From the human T2T-CHM13v2.0 reference genome, Homo sapiens, in the NCBI RefSeq assembly GCF_009914755.1, contig NC_060941.1: a stretch of DNA of 64,000 nt. One strand, given 5' to 3'. The position numbers were made by a program, and so were the translations under genes. The notes under the pieces were generated by a model. The model was not told where the DNA came from and made no database searches. It was given only the letters and a program-made list of their open reading frames with translations. This document shows positions 1 through 21,481 of this stretch, in pieces (within the stretch, counting starts at the first letter, position 1; each line of letters begins with the position of its first letter).

Positions 1-1056
1 CTTCTCACTTGGGACCTTTTATCTTCCACTCCAGGCTATCTTGGAGCGCTTAAGTGGTGTTTTGCAGCCACTTTTCTGTCCTCCAGGGCATGGTTGTGGG
101 AGAGGGTGGAAGTGTTGCTGGGATTGAGTGCAGTCCTTGCTGGGAAACTTCACAGCCCACTCTCTCCAGTCACGGAGACAGCTCCACTCCCCTGGGCTTT
201 GCCTGATGGCACTGCCTCAGCTTGCAGGCTTGCCTCATATTCTTTTGTACCTCTGCTGAGAGCCTGTGTGTGCGGCTGGGTTTATTTACTCCTTGCTTTT
301 TTGGTGATCATTCAGGTTTATTCTAAACAGGACTTGAGCAGTCATCCTTGTACTTTATCTTAACGTGTTTATGCTTTTATTTCTGAATAACAGATCATTA
401 GAATTTGTATTGTGGGGTCAACGGACATCTGTGGAAAGTATACTAATTATACTCATAAATGTTATATAAGAGTATCTATTGGCCAGGCACAGTGGCTCAG
501 GCCTGTAATCCCAGCACTTTGAGAGGCTGAGGCGGGGCAGATCACAAGGACAGGAGATCGAAACCAGCCTGGCCAACATGGTGAAACCCCATCTCTACTA
601 AAAATACACAAATTAGCTGGGCGTGGTGGCGGGTGCGGCCTGTAATCTCAGCTACTCAGGAGGCTGAGGCAGGAGAATCGCTTGAACCCAAGAGGCGGAG
701 GTTGCAGTGAGCCGAGACTCCAGCCTCGGTTACAGAGCAAGACCCCATCTCAAAAAAAAAAGCGTATCTCTGAATAGACAAATCCATAGAAACAAATTCA
801 ATGACTGGTTCTCAGGGGTGGTAGAGTGTGGAGTGACTGTCATTGTACACATGGTTTCTTTTGCTGATGACAACAGTGTTCTAAAGTGAGGTAGTGGTGA
901 TGCTTGCATAACTGCAAAATGCAAAACCCATAGGATTATCCACTCTGGAAGGGTGAGTTCATTATGGTACGTGAATGATATCTCAATAAACATGTTATTT
1001 AAAAAGAAGTGTTTGCCATTAAGCTTGTCAACATACTGTGTATTAGTCATATTTTA

Positions 1057-1603
<547 letters not shown>

Positions 1604-1975
1604 TGTTCCTTTTTATGGCAGAATAATACTCTGTTGTCTAGATACATCACATTTTGTGTATCTATTCGTTAGTTGATGGGCATTCGGATTATTTCTGCCT
1701 GCTTGCTATTACTAATAATTCTATGAACATTTGTGTACAAGTTTTTTGTGGACAGACGTTTCCATTTCTTTTATAGATAATCTGTCTAGGAAAGGAATTG
1801 CTAGGCTAAATGGTCATTTTATGGTTAACTTTTTGAGGCTATTGTTCAAAGTGTGTACACCAGTTTACCTCCCTGCCAACAGCGCGTGAGTGTGGAGTTT
1901 CTCCCCGTTCTTGCCAGTACTTCAAATTACACTCCATAGAGTTTCAGTTAAACTTCTCTGTAGACTATTTAGTAG

Positions 1976-2237
<262 letters not shown>

Positions 2238-2670
2238 TAGCCAGGATGATCTCGATCTCCTGACCTCATGATCTGCCCACCTCGGCCTCCCAAAGTGCTG
2301 GGATTACAGGCGTGAGCCACCGCACCCGGCATTCCTTATTCTCATATTTGTCATTTTGTTTTTTTTTTTTTTAATTTTACTGTATTGACAGCGCTGTCAA
2401 AACTTTGTTGGACGATGGTAATGTCAGCAGTTGCCTGATTTTCATGGAAATGCTTTTGGTTTCACTGTTCAATGCAGTGTTGATCGTGGAAAAACGCGCA
2501 GTTTACCAGGTGCAGGTTTTATTTTTTAAGTCCTCAGGATTTCATCAGAAATGGCTCGTAAATTCTTTCAAAGCTTTTACTACATCTTGATATGATCATA
2601 TTTAATGAACTATTTTAATAGATTATCTAGGCTGGACGTGGTGGCTCATGCCTGTAATCTCAACACTTTA

Positions 2671-2937
<267 letters not shown>

Positions 2938-3298
2938 TCAACTCTTGTTTCATTCTTGCGATAAATCCTGCCTTAAAAAAATAATCCTAGGGCTAGGCTG
3001 GTGGCTCACGCCTGTAATCCCAGCACCTTGGGAGGCCAATGCAGGTGGATCACCTGAGGTGGGGAGTTCAAGACCAGCCTGGCTGGCCAACATGGTGAAA
3101 CACCATCTCTACTGAAAATACAAAAATTAGCCAGGCATGGAGGCACACACCTAATAGTCCCAGCTACTCGGGAGGCTGAGGCAAGAGAATCACTTGAAAC
3201 CAGGAGGCGGAGGTTGCAGTGAGTTGAGATTGCCCCACTGTACTCTAGCCTGGGTGACAGAGCAAGACTCCGTCTCAAAAAAAAAAAAGGATTGCCTA

Positions 3299-3631
<333 letters not shown>

Positions 3632-4602
3632 TCAAAAAAAAAAATAAGAATTATCTTAGCTTGCTAATTTTCTCTTTTTATTTTTAAAAATCTTTTTTCT
3701 GGAAAACTTTAAACATCTACAAACATAGACAGAATACACAGTAGTCTGATGAATCCCCATATAGCCCATCATTCAGCTCCAAATTGTCATCTGTTGTCCA
3801 GTTTTGCTCTAGCTCCATCCTTTCAACGTCCACTATCCTCTGTAATTTTGAGGTAAATCTCAGACATCATATTATTTCATCCATAAATATTTTAGTATGT
3901 ATTTTTGAAAGATAAAAACTCTTAAAAAGACACTATCCCATTTCACACCTAAAAAAATACCGTCCGTGTTGTATTTCCATCTTGTTGTATATGTGCGTGT
4001 GTATGTGCGTGTGCGTGTGTGTGTGTGTGCCCGCACAATCTATATGAATCAGAATCCAAAATAAGTTTCCTGTGACGGTAGATTGATGGTCTGTTAAGTC
4101 TCTCTGAATCTGTAGGCTCTGCGTCTGCCTTTTTTCTCCTTTACTGTTTATTTGCTGAAGAAACCAGGTCATTTATCCTTCACCTTGTGCAGTTTCCCCC
4201 AGTCTGGATTTGGCTGATTGCATCCCTGTAAAGTCACTTAATGTGTCCTTGTCATCTGTATTCTCTGTAAGTTGATATTAGTGTATTCTTTTAATATGCT
4301 GCTAGGTTCATCTTGCTGATATTTTATTTAGGATTTATGGGATATTGCAGGATGAAATTAGTTTTGGTTTTGTGTGTGTGTTTTGTCTTAGGTTTTAGTA
4401 TTAGAGTCATACTAAATGATTCATAGGCCTTCTATTTTTATATGTTCTGGAGTGATTTGTATAATTTGGAAAGTAGTTAAATATCTGCCACTAAGTATCA
4501 GATAGTTATTACAGGGAATCTAGATACCATTTTCAGGAACAGATAATTTCAGGCTTATCTTATTGAAACTCTGATTGAAACCTGATAAGGGTAGCACACA
4601 CT

Positions 4603-4703
4603 GATTGATTGTATGTAAAAATCCAAATTATAGCAGTCAGACCATTTAAAACAAACGATTGATTGTATGTAAAAATCCAAAAACAGCAGTCAGACCATTT
4701 AAA
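4603..4703. repeat. 54-bp tandem duplication
   Basis: gattgattgtatgtaaaaatccaaa..agcagtcagaccatttaaa at 4603 and 4657. Confidence 0.9.
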
Positions 4704-4729
4704 GTCTAAAACGTGATGAATTTGGGTAG

Positions 4730-5400
4730 ATTATTGCTTAAATATTGCCCTAGGCCTGTTTCTTCAGCTCCCTTGCCACTAACCTCATTCAGGCCTCTGT
4801 CATTTTGTCTCTTCTCTTGGTCTCCCTGCCTCCAGTCATGTTCCCATTAAATTCCTTCTTTTTAAAATGCAGACATTGTGATATGCTCATCAAGTATGTA
4901 TTGAGCAACAACTGTGGGCCATTTGCTTCATTAAGCACTGAGGGATACCTGTCTTTATTGACAGTACAGTCTAGTAGGAGAGAGAGAGAATAATAAAATA
5001 ATCACTAATGAACATATAATTAAGACGGAGCAGAGTGTTCTGAAGGAAAGAAATCAAGGCTGTAGGAAAGACTAGAACAAAGCAACCTGATCTCAACTAG
5101 AGATTAAGGAAGTGTCTCTTGAAGTGATGTTTGAGACGAGAGCTAAAAAATGAGTATTAGATGAGGCAAAATGAGAAGGAACACAACACCGCAATCTCAG
5201 AGCATCACGGACAAAGGCCTTGTGGCAAGAGGGACTGTCCCATGTGGTGGAACTGAAAGAAAACAGGAAGGCCAGAGGGCAGAGGGCAGAGGGCAGGCAG
5301 CGGCACGGGAGGGGGGTTAGCAAGGCCAGGCCAGGCAAGCCATGGCCCAGGTTTTTCTTTGTGGCCTAAGGTCATTGGGAAGTTATCACAACGTTTTAAT
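4730..5400. mobile_element. L2 fragments (approximate)
   Basis: L2-like text: caagtatgtattgagcaacaactgtgggcc; ggaagtgtctcttgaagtgatgtttgag. Confidence 0.55.
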
Positions 5401-5777
5401 TAGAGTTAAAAAGCAAAAGAACTGTAAGTTCTTAAAAATGGGTCATTATTACATTTTTTAAAATATCTATTGTCATAATTGGTTTTCACTGGGAAAAAGT
5501 CATTGTTGAGATAAGTATGTGTTTCTGAAAACAGTTCATCTCTTTTTATGCCATATATTCTTGTGTTTAGTAATCTAAATTCTTACCATGTCGGTTGGCT
5601 CCTTGAAGATACGGTGCGTAGCGAGAACACTGCATTTTAATTAAGGAACTAGTTGGGAACTGAAAACCCTGCAATCACTTGATAATGATGCGGCGAAAGA
5701 TGAAGAGAAATATTTATGTAAACAGATGACAAATGGAAAATAGTTCATCACAATGATCATCGGGGAAAGCATTTTGA

Positions 5778-5951
<174 letters not shown>

Positions 5952-7288
5952 TAGCACTCAAATGAATACCTCTTTATATATTCGGAGTTCTACCTTTTGG
6001 ATTCAGTTTGACTTGTTAGTGTTAATAAAATGATAGTGATTCTGAGGTCTAGGAACCAGGCTATTCTGTCAGGCTTTTTCAATTCTAAAGAAATGATGTA
6101 TGAAGAAAGGGCACAATTAGAAAGCAATGGACAAACGGGTTGGGTGCACGGTGGCTCACACCTGTAATCCCAGCACTTTGGGAGGCCAAAGCAGGTAGAT
6201 CACTTGACGTCAGGAGTTCGAGACCAGTCTGGCCAGCATGGCAAAACTCCGTCTCTACTAAAAATACAAAAAGTAGCTAGGCATAGAGGCCTGCGCCTGT
6301 AATCCTAGCTACTCAGAAGGCTGAGGCAGGGAAATCGCTTGAACCCAGGAGACAGAGGTTTCAGTGAGCCGAGATCGTGCCACTGCACTCCAGCCTGGGC
6401 AACAGAGTGAGACTCTGTCTCAAAAAAAAGAAAGAAAGTAATGGACAAAGATTCAGTTATACTAGACTAAAAAAAAATCTAGGATATCACAGTAATATAG
6501 GATACTACAGGATATCTGTAATATTAATGAGAAACGTGTTTTCCTAAGACTTATGTACACTTTTGTTTTTAAAAAGTGTGAAGCATGCAGTCTATACTCC
6601 TGTGATAACACTCACTGCACTGGTAGCTTTTAGAATTATCTCTATTTACTGCTAAGCCATGAGTAAACTGTGTGAAGGTAGAGATCATGTTTGTTCTAGT
6701 GCCTAACTTGAGGCTGGCGTTTAGTAAGTATTTGTTGAAACAAGTTGAATATATAACGTTGTTTTACTGTGATTATCTCTTGATGGTGAAATTACTAATG
6801 ATTTAATTTTCTCATGAAAATGTATAGAAAAGCACATTGAAATAAAAAAAGTCCATTTTTTCTTTGCATCCTAAAAGAAGCTGAAAAAAAAGTCATTACT
6901 TCAGACAATTCTAGAGAAAGGCAAAAAGAATCTTCAAATCACTGGCCCCATTAAAGGAAAGGATTGTTTGCCCTTACACCAAGTCAAAACATAAAAGCCT
7001 CACTTGACACCAAAATAAATTTGAGATGTATTTTTTTCAAGTTAGAAAATGAAACCATCAAAAATCAAGAGGAAGAGGCTGCACAAATAGATTGGAATAA
7101 TTCACAATGAATATTTGATTACATTGAAATTTTAAAATTACATATTAAAAATAGGAAACCAGGTACGGTACCTCACACCTGTAATCCCTGCACTTTAGGA
7201 GGCTGAGGTGGAAGAACTGCTTTGAGTGCAGGAGGACGAGACCAGCCTGGGTAACACAGGAAGACCCCATCTCTGCAATAATTTTTTA

Positions 7289-7528
<240 letters not shown>

Positions 7529-8068
7529 TTATTGAATTTTTTTACATATTAAGGAATAAAGTACTTCATTAGCAAAGCAGGCATTGGAGAAAAATAGATG
7601 GTTCACTATAGAAGGAAAACAAATGGCTAATACATTAGAAAACATCTCCAGCCTGGCTCGTTATCTTTGTCGTGTTCCTGATCTCAGGGAGAAAGCGTTC
7701 AGACTTTCACCATTAAATGTCATGTTAACTGTAGGGTTTTCTTAGAGTCTTTTTATCAGAAGTAAAGAAGTTTATTTCTGTTCCTAGTTGGTGAGGGCTT
7801 TCATCAGAAATGGATGGTGAGTTTTGTCAAATGCATTTTCTGTGCTTGCTGATGATCTGATGATCATATGGTTTTCTTTGTTAGTTAATATGGTGAGTTA
7901 CATTGATTGATTTTTTTTTTTGAGACAGTCTCATTGCATGACCCAGGCTGGAGTGCAGTGGTGCCTTCTAGGCTCACTGCAACCTCCGCCTCCCGGGTTC
8001 AAGTGATTCTCGTGCCTCAGCCTCAGAGTAGCTGGGATTACAGGTGTATGACACCACACCCGGCTAAA

Positions 8069-8070
<2 letters not shown>

Positions 8071-8100
<30 letters not shown>
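8071..8100. repeat. (TG)n microsatellite in an Alu middle linker
   Basis: Read directly from sequence. Confidence 0.95.
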
Positions 8101-8104
<4 letters not shown>

Positions 8105-9194
8105 TTTAGTAGAGACAGGGTTTTGCCATGTTGGCCAGGCTGGTCTCGAACTCCTGACCTCAAGTGGTCCACCCGCCTGGGCCTCCCAAAGTGCTGGGAT
8201 TACATTGCGCTCAGCCACGTTGATTGGTTTTTGAGCGCTAAACCAATCTGGGATCTCTGGGATAAGTCTACGTCATGATGTATTATTCTTTTTACATATT
8301 GTTGGATTTGATTTGCTATATCCCTTTGATCTGATTTACTTTGTTTAGAATTGTTGTATCGGTATTCACGAGAGATATTTTTCTTTAGTTTTCTTCTATT
8401 GTTACATCTCTGATTTTGATACCTGAGTAACCCTGGCCTTATGGAATAAGTTGGGAAGTGTGTTCCGTTCTTAAATTTTCTGCAGCAGTTTATGTAGACT
8501 TGGTACTTCTTCCTTAGATGTTCAGTTGAATTCACCAGTGAAGTCATCTGGGCCTGATTTTTTTTTTTTTAATGGAAAAGTCTTAAACTGTAAGTTCAGT
8601 TTCTTTAATAGAGAGATACAGGGTTATTCAAGCACCCTTCTTGAGTAGACTTTGGTAGATTATGTGCTTCAAGGAATTTAATTTCATTTAAGTTCTTGAA
8701 TTTATTAGTCTATAGAAATATAAATATTCTAAACACCCCAATTATTAGAAATTATCAGATGGATTTAAAAAATATATTTCCAGCTGGGTGCAGTGGCTCA
8801 CACTTGTAATCCCAACACCTTGGGAGAACGAGGCAAGCCGATCGCTTGCGCTTGGGAGTTCAAGACCAGCCTGCGCAACATGATAAAACCCAGTCTCTAC
8901 CAAAAATACAAAAAATTAGCTGGATGTGGTGGCGCTCCTGCACCTGTGGTCCCAGCTACCTGAGCCCGGGAGGTGGAGGTTGCAGTAAGCCGAGATGGCA
9001 CCAGTGCACTCTAGCCTGGGTGACAGAGTGAGACCCCATAAAAAAAAAAAAAAATGCCAGGTGCTGTGGCTCACGCCCATAATCCCAAAACTTTGGGAAG
9101 CTGAGGCGGGCGGATCACGAGGTCAGGAGTTGGAGACCAGCCTGGCCAATATGGTGAAACCTTGTCTCTACTGAAAAAATACAAAGATTATCTA

Positions 9195-9335
<141 letters not shown>

Positions 9336-9984
9336 TCAAAACAAAACAAAACGAAACTATATATAGTTTTTATTTATTTATTTAATTTTTATTTTTATTT
9401 AATTTTTACTTTTTTAATTTACTTTTTTTATTTAATTTTTTATATTTTTAGTAGAGACAGGATTTTGCCATGTTGGCCAGGCTGGTCTCGAACTCCTGCC
9501 CTCAAGTGATCTGCCTGCCTCAGCCTCCCAAAGTGCTGGAATTATAGCATATATATATATTATATAACATACATATATGTTTCCTTGTTATCCTTTGAGT
9601 GTCTGTAGAATTTGAGAGTTTCATCAATCTTATTGATCTCAAAGGAGCAACTTTTGGTTTTATTGATTTTCTCTTATGTTTTGTATTCTATTGATTTATG
9701 CTTTTTATCTTTATTTTCTTCTACTTACTTCGGGTTTTGTATATTTTTTTCTCGTTTCTTAAGGTGGAAGCTGAGTTCATTGACTTGAGATCTTTTTTTC
9801 TAACATAGGCATGTAGCATTATAAATCTGCCCTTAGCTACTGCTTTAAAAGTATCCAGCAAATTTGGATATGTTATATTCTCATTCATATTCAATTCATA
9901 ATACTTTCTTATTTCCCTTTCAATTTCATCATTAACATTCTGTTATTTAGAAATGTGTTTAGTTTTTAAATGTGGGGATTTTCT

Positions 9985-11501
<1,517 letters not shown>

Positions 11502-11585
11502 AAATGTGGGTATTTTCTAGAGATCTTGTTCTTGATATCTAATTTAATTCTAGTATGATCAAACAACATACTTTGTATGACTTGA

Positions 11586-11942
<357 letters not shown>

Positions 11943-12291
11943 TGAGTCTTATTTTATGTCCAGATTATGGTCTCTCTTGGTAAATTCTGTGTGTACTTGA
12001 AAAGAATGTGTATTCTGTTGTTGGGCAGAGTCTTACAAATGTCAATTAGGTCGAGTCGGTAAATTGTGTTATTCAGTTTTTCTATATCTTTACTGTTTTT
12101 CTGTTTACTTGTTCTGTCATTTACTGAGAGGGATATTGAAATCTCTAACTGTAATAATTGTAAGTTTCTCTGTCTCTCTGCAGTTCTATTAGTTTTTGCT
12201 TCATGTATTTCAAAGCTGTATTATTAAATATCTATATAATTTAGAATTCTTGTGTCCACTTGATGAGTTGACTCTTATTATTATGAAATGA

Positions 12292-12675
<384 letters not shown>

Positions 12676-15417
12676 TGAGTAGCTAGGGCTACAGGCACGC
12701 ATCACCATGCTCAGCTGATTTTTGTATTTTTAGTAGAGATAGGGTTTCACCATGTTGGCCAGGATGGTCTCCATCTCTTGACGTCATGATCTGCCCGCCT
12801 CAGCCTCCCAAAGTGCTGGGGTTAAAGGCGTGAGCCACCATAATTGGCCTAATTTTATTTTTTGTGGACATGGAGTCCTGCCATGTTGCCCACACTGGTC
12901 TTGAATTCCTGGCCTCCAGCAATCCTCCTGCCTCAGCCTCCCAAGTAGTTGGGACTGCAGGCTGCACCTGTAGTCTGGGAGGTGGAGTGCCGGGCCTGCC
13001 TGTGGACTGCCCGGACTGGGGCTGGGACGGCAGTGCCACCACGCCCGGCTCATTTCTTTTCTTTTTATTTGTAGGGGCGGGGTCTCACTTTGTTGCCCAG
13101 GCTGGTCTCAAACTCCTGGCCTCAATCCTCCTGCCTTAGCCTCTCAAAAGGCTGAATTACAGGCATAAGCTACTGTGCCTGGCCATTGTGTATACTTTCT
13201 ATTGCTAGCCGTTCAAGTTCACTAATGGTTTCTCAGGCAGTGCCTAATCTGCTGTTAATCCCATTGAGTGTATTTTTCTTCTCAGATAGTATAGTTTTTA
13301 TCCCTAGAAGCTTGATTTTGGGTCTTTAAAAACTCATCTACATCTCTGCTTAATTTTTGGGACATACAGAGCACAATGACAGTATTTGTTGTAAGGTCCT
13401 TGTCTGTGGATTCTGGTGTCTGTGTTAGGTCCGGATTTGTTTCCGTCAGTTGATCCCGGCCTCTCCGATCATGGATCATATTTTCCTGCTGCTTTTCATG
13501 CCTGGCCCTCGGACCGAATGCCAGACATTGGGATTCGTACCTCGTTGGGTGCTAGAAACTTTTGTAATCCTGTAATTATTCTTGAGCTTTTTTCAGGGAT
13601 ACAGTTAACTTGGAGACAGTTTGATCTTTTGGTGTGTTGCTTTTAAGATTTATTAGAGAATCAGAGAGCTGCATTTAGTCTAGGTTTAGTTATTCCCAAT
13701 ACTGAATCGAGACCTGACAGACTGTTCTACCTCGTGCCCCATGAATATGAATTTTTCCCATCTGACTGGTAGAAACAGGTACTATTTCAAGCTTGCTGTA
13801 AACACAGGCATGGTTCCCTCTGGCCTTCTCAGATGATTCTCACCCTGGCCTCAGATCGTGTCCACACACACACACGGGCCAACCAGGACTCTGCTGACTA
13901 CCCAGGAAACCTGCCACCCATTTCTGGAGTTCTCTGTGTACAGCCCTCTCTTCTCTGCTACTCTGTCCGGCCAGCTAGACGGCGATCTCCCCAGACTCTC
14001 GGCCCCCATTTCTGCACCTCGGGTTCTGGCAGGCCCCCTAAGCCCTTGAGGCACCGAGCTGGTGCAGACCCACTCGCTCGCTTTCCTGTGCACAGCAGGC
14101 GCTACCCCTCATTGAAAACCATGCGTCTCACGTATTTTCTCCCTTTCTGGTGGGGGGAGGGGGTTATGTTAGGTGTTAGGGTGAACCTGGTCTCTGTTGC
14201 TCCATTTGTCCGGTACGTAGTTTTAAAAGTTGAATATTTTTGCGAGGTGTGTCCTTAAAAACAAAACAGCATTCTCCTGCCTCACTTTTCTTTGGCCTCT
14301 GACTCCTGTCTAGAGACAGTCTGTTTCAAATCTCACAGCTGTTTCTTCTCTGTTTGTCTCCATATTTCTAAATAACACATTTGTGCTGCTCTTCGTTAAT
14401 TTTTTCAGTTGAAACATTTGTTTATTAACTTCACGCTATGGGAGATTAGAATGTGGTGCTCTCTCTTTTTTTTTTTTCTTTTTTAAGAGTCTCACACTGT
14501 CACCCAGGCTGGAGTCCAGTGGCGTGATCTTGGCTCACTGCAACCTCCGCCTCCTGGACTCAAGCAATCCTCCTTGCCTCAGCCTCCTCAGTAGCTGGGA
14601 TTACAGGCGTGCACCACTGCACCCTGCTAATTTTTGTTTTTATTTTTTTATTTTTTGAGACGGAGTCTCACTGTGTCGCCCAGGCTGGAGTGCAGTGGCG
14701 CGGTCTCGGTTGACTGCAAGCTCCACCTCCCGGATTCACGCCATTCTCCTGCCTGAGTAGCTGGGACTACAGGCACCCACCACCATGCCCGGGTGATTTT
14801 TTTTGTATTTTCAGTAGAGACGGGGTTTCACTGTGTTAGCCAGGATGGTCTCCATCTCCTGACCTCGTGATCTGCCCGCCTCAGCCTCCCGAAGTGCTGG
14901 GATTACAGGCGTGAGCCACCGCCCCCAACCGTATTTTTTTTTTTTTTTGTAGCGATGGAGTCTATGTTGTCCAGGCTGGTCTTGAACTCCTGGGCTCAAG
15001 CAATCCGCCCACCTGAGCCTCCCAAAGTGCCAGGATTACAGGTGTGAGCCACAGCGCCCAGCTTAGAATGTAGCTCTCTTATACCTCTCTTGTCCCTGCT
15101 GTCCACATGGAAGAAGTAGATGTTAATATCGATTAGCTCAATATTTATTTATTTATTTATTTATTTATTTATTTGAGATGGAGTCTCACTTTGTTGCCCA
15201 GGCTGGAGTGCAGTTGCATGATCTTGGCTCACTGCAACCTCCACCTCCCAGTTCAAGCTATCCTCATGCCTCAGCCTCACCAGTAGCTGGGATTACAGGC
15301 ACACACCACCATGCCCAGCTAATTTTTGTATTTTTAGTAGAGATGGGGTTTCACCATGTTGGCCAGGTTGGTCTCGATCCCCTGACCGCAAGTGATCCGC
15401 CCACCTTGACCTCCTAA

Positions 15418-16321
<904 letters not shown>

Positions 16322-16983
16322 TGAGCTCCTGAGTTCAGGTAATCCACCTGCCTCGGTCTCCCAATGTGCTGGGATTACGAACGTGAGCCCCTGCAGGGGG
16401 CCGACATCAAAATTTAAATGGCCAGTCAGATTGAAGTTTTTCTATGAAACATATCTTGCTTTATTAAAAATTTAAAGTTTTCAAAACATACTTGTAGAAG
16501 GCAATTTTCAAATGGTTGTTATGTTTTCAGATATTTTTAGTAATCAGAACAACATAATTTTATTGTTTTACTAATCAGCCAATTTTTGAACTAAATCTGA
16601 AGTCACTAAGAGATGATGGTCAATCATGAATATTTGGAAAAAAATTTGTGATATAATTTATAGAAAAGAAATGTTCAGAGTGTATTGAATAATTTTAATA
16701 ACATATAACTAATTAAGTACATATATTAACTAATTATAACTGTGACATTGAAAATATAAAATCGACTTTAAGCTGGTCAGCATCAAGAAGCTGGAAGATG
16801 TTCATGTGGCTTATTTGAAATCTTCCGCTGTGTATCTCCTCCTTCCCAAATGATTTCTCAGTAGGAAGCTATGTTTGAACTCAGAGAAGGAGCTGTTTCT
16901 TAAAAATTAAACTGTCTCTGCTGCTCCCAATAGACAAAGGTGCTTAGCTGGTTCCCACTGAAGTACACTAATTCACTGTCTTA

Positions 16984-17331
<348 letters not shown>

Positions 17332-17418
17332 TTAGTCCATAACTAACTTTTACTATTAGTAGGGTTTTCACTTAAGGGTAAGTGGAATTGAACCCAGTAA
17401 TTCTTAGGCTGGACCTTA

Positions 17419-17778
<360 letters not shown>

Positions 17779-18380
17779 CTAAGTGAGATAATGGAAAGGA
17801 AAGGAAAGTTGGAGAATCTCAGGTCTGGACCTTAGCAGTGAATTCAGCACAATCGCAGAATGTTGAGGTAGAGGAAACTGTTGTAGAGATCAGTTGATCA
17901 GTTTTTAATCATTAAATAAAAACGTGAATGAGGCAGTGAAGTAACTTCCCCAAGGTCACACAATGGGTTGCTACAAGAAATGAGAATGAGCATTTGTCAT
18001 TTCCCAGTGAGAACAGTTTCCATTGTGCCCAGACCTTCAAAGATTAACCTTCATACCAAAGTTTTTGCCTACTTGAAAATTGTATTTAAGTACATAGATC
18101 GTGTGAGTGAGTCTACTGCGGGAATGTTATATACATAATTAAAATTATCTCTATTTCACATTTATATATTTGTCCATTAAAACTTGCATAATTAAATAAA
18201 TGTAAAATATAACTGAGATAATCAGACATCTGTTTTCTTTAATAAACATTAATCTTGAATAGATAATATGGTTAAATGATTTCAAAAAGATAATGTAGTT
18301 ACATGATTTAAAGTTATAGCTACCGAATTGTGTGTGCAGAGAAATCTTACTCCTACCCTTGCCGCCCCTGCCACCCACTG

Positions 18381-18394
18381 CTGCCCTCTAGAGG
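18381..18394 (-). promoter_or_regulatory. CTCF-like motif CCTCTAGAGGGCAG
   Basis: Close match to the CTCF core by eye only. Confidence 0.35.
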
Positions 18395-18787
18395 TAAAGT
18401 TTTCGTGGTTTCTTTTTATCCTTCAGGCGTTTCTTCATGAGAATGTAACCAAATACAAATATATATTCTCGTTCTGTACTCCACTTTGCCTACACAAAAG
18501 GCAGCATACTGTGTACACTATCTTGTCTTTTTCTCCTGCTTTTACTTATTTATTATTATTTTAATAGAGATGAGACCTCACTATGCTGTTCAGGCTGGTC
18601 TCAAACTCCTGGGCTCAAGCGATTCTCCCACTTCAGTCTCCCAAAGTGCTAGGATTACAGGCGTGAGCGCTGCGCCCAGCCATATCCTGTTTTTTTAAAG
18701 TTTTCTGGCCAGGTGTGGTGGCCCCCGCCTGTAATCCCGACACTTTGGGAGGCCAAGCTTGGCAGATCACTTGAGCTCAGGAGTTTA

Positions 18788-19018
<231 letters not shown>

Positions 19019-19052
19019 CTAGAGATATTTCCATATACTTGTATATGCTTAG

Positions 19053-19514
<462 letters not shown>

Positions 19515-20180
19515 TAGTTTTTACACTGAAATTATTCATGCTGCTTCTGTCTTATACTGTTGTGGGTTCTTGATTTATGGTGTTTCGGGCTTCATTTTCA
19601 CACAACTTGGAATGTGCGGGTTTTCTCTGTTCCCTGGTTTCACTGAAGATGTAGTTTCTAATGAGAGATGTGTATACGTCTGTGTGCACGTGCATGTATG
19701 TGTATGCAGTTGGCATTCATTCCTGTTGCTCTGTATTGGTTTTTAGAGTGGGAAGATGTGGGGCTAGGCCATCATTATGCTCTTTCTAGAACTGGAACCT
19801 ACTAGATATTAATTTTTATTTACACAAATTGTAATTTGATGCTTTAAATTGGAGAGGGAATCGGGTAAATTATTCGGCTAAATTATTAAATTGACACATC
19901 ACTTTTTTTTGCAGTAGTAACGTTTTGTTAAAATGAGCGAATTTGTTATCACATTCTCAGCTTTCAGGAAGGTGAGCTGAGACAAAGCAATGCTTAGCAT
20001 TTTTCTGAAACCTTTGGATGCAGTCAGGACAAGAGAGAGGTGATTGTGCCCAGCTTTATCACCTCTGGCCAGGTTTCTAGTGTTTGTGTGTGTGTGTGTG
20101 TTGTATTTAATTGAATGATTGCTTTGGACATTTTCTGTTTTGGGGGCAAAAGTGTTTATAGTGAAGATGGGCTGGGCTCA

Positions 20181-20306
<126 letters not shown>

Positions 20307-21187
20307 TTATCCAGGCCTGATAGCACACTCCTCTAGTCCTGGCTACTCGGGAAGTCGAGGTGGGAGGATCACTTGAGCCCAGGAGGTCAAGGCTGCAGTG
20401 ATCTGTAATCACACCAGTGCACTCCAGCCTGGGTGACAGATCAAGACCCTGTCTCAAAAAAAAAATTAAAAAGAAAAAGAAGATGGAGATGATGAAAGGA
20501 TTGAAGGATACTTATTGCTTAGTCAGAAATACAGGGCTATGGGCCGGGTGCCATGGCTGACACCTGTAATCGCAGCACTTTGGGAGGTCGAGGCAGGAGG
20601 ATCAGTTGCGCCCAGGAGTTAAAGATCAGCCTGGGTAGCTGTAGAGACAAAAGTAGTCTCTACAAAAAAAAATACAAAAAATAATCCAGGCGTGATCTCG
20701 TGTAACTAGTTCCACCTGCCGGGGAGGCCGAGTCGGGAGATTGCTTGAGGCCAGGAGGTCAAGGCCTGCAGTGAGCTATGATCATGCCGCTGTACTCCAA
20801 CCTGGGCATTGGAGCAATACCCTGTCTCAAGGGGGAAAAAAAAAGAAAATAAACATAGGGCTATGGAAAAATATTCCTTTATTTCAGTACCCAGCTCCAC
20901 TGGGCCTTTCCTTTCTCCAGTGTCTGTTAAAGCTCAGGGGGATAAGATTGCTGTTCAGGATTACTTACTCTCGAATTTCGTTGTAACCAGATCAGTGAGC
21001 CAGTGCGGAAATAGCTTTCTTATAGTGACTTCTACCTCACGGGGCATTTCACCGCAGTGCTTTCTCCTCTGTTGGGAAAGGACGCACACTCTGTGCTAGC
21101 GGGTGGAGAACTAAAGTTCATTTTGTATCCTCCCAGCACCTAATCCAGAACTTGTGCCATGTGAGGTGACCAGTACAATTAAGTCTA

Positions 21188-21481
<294 letters not shown>

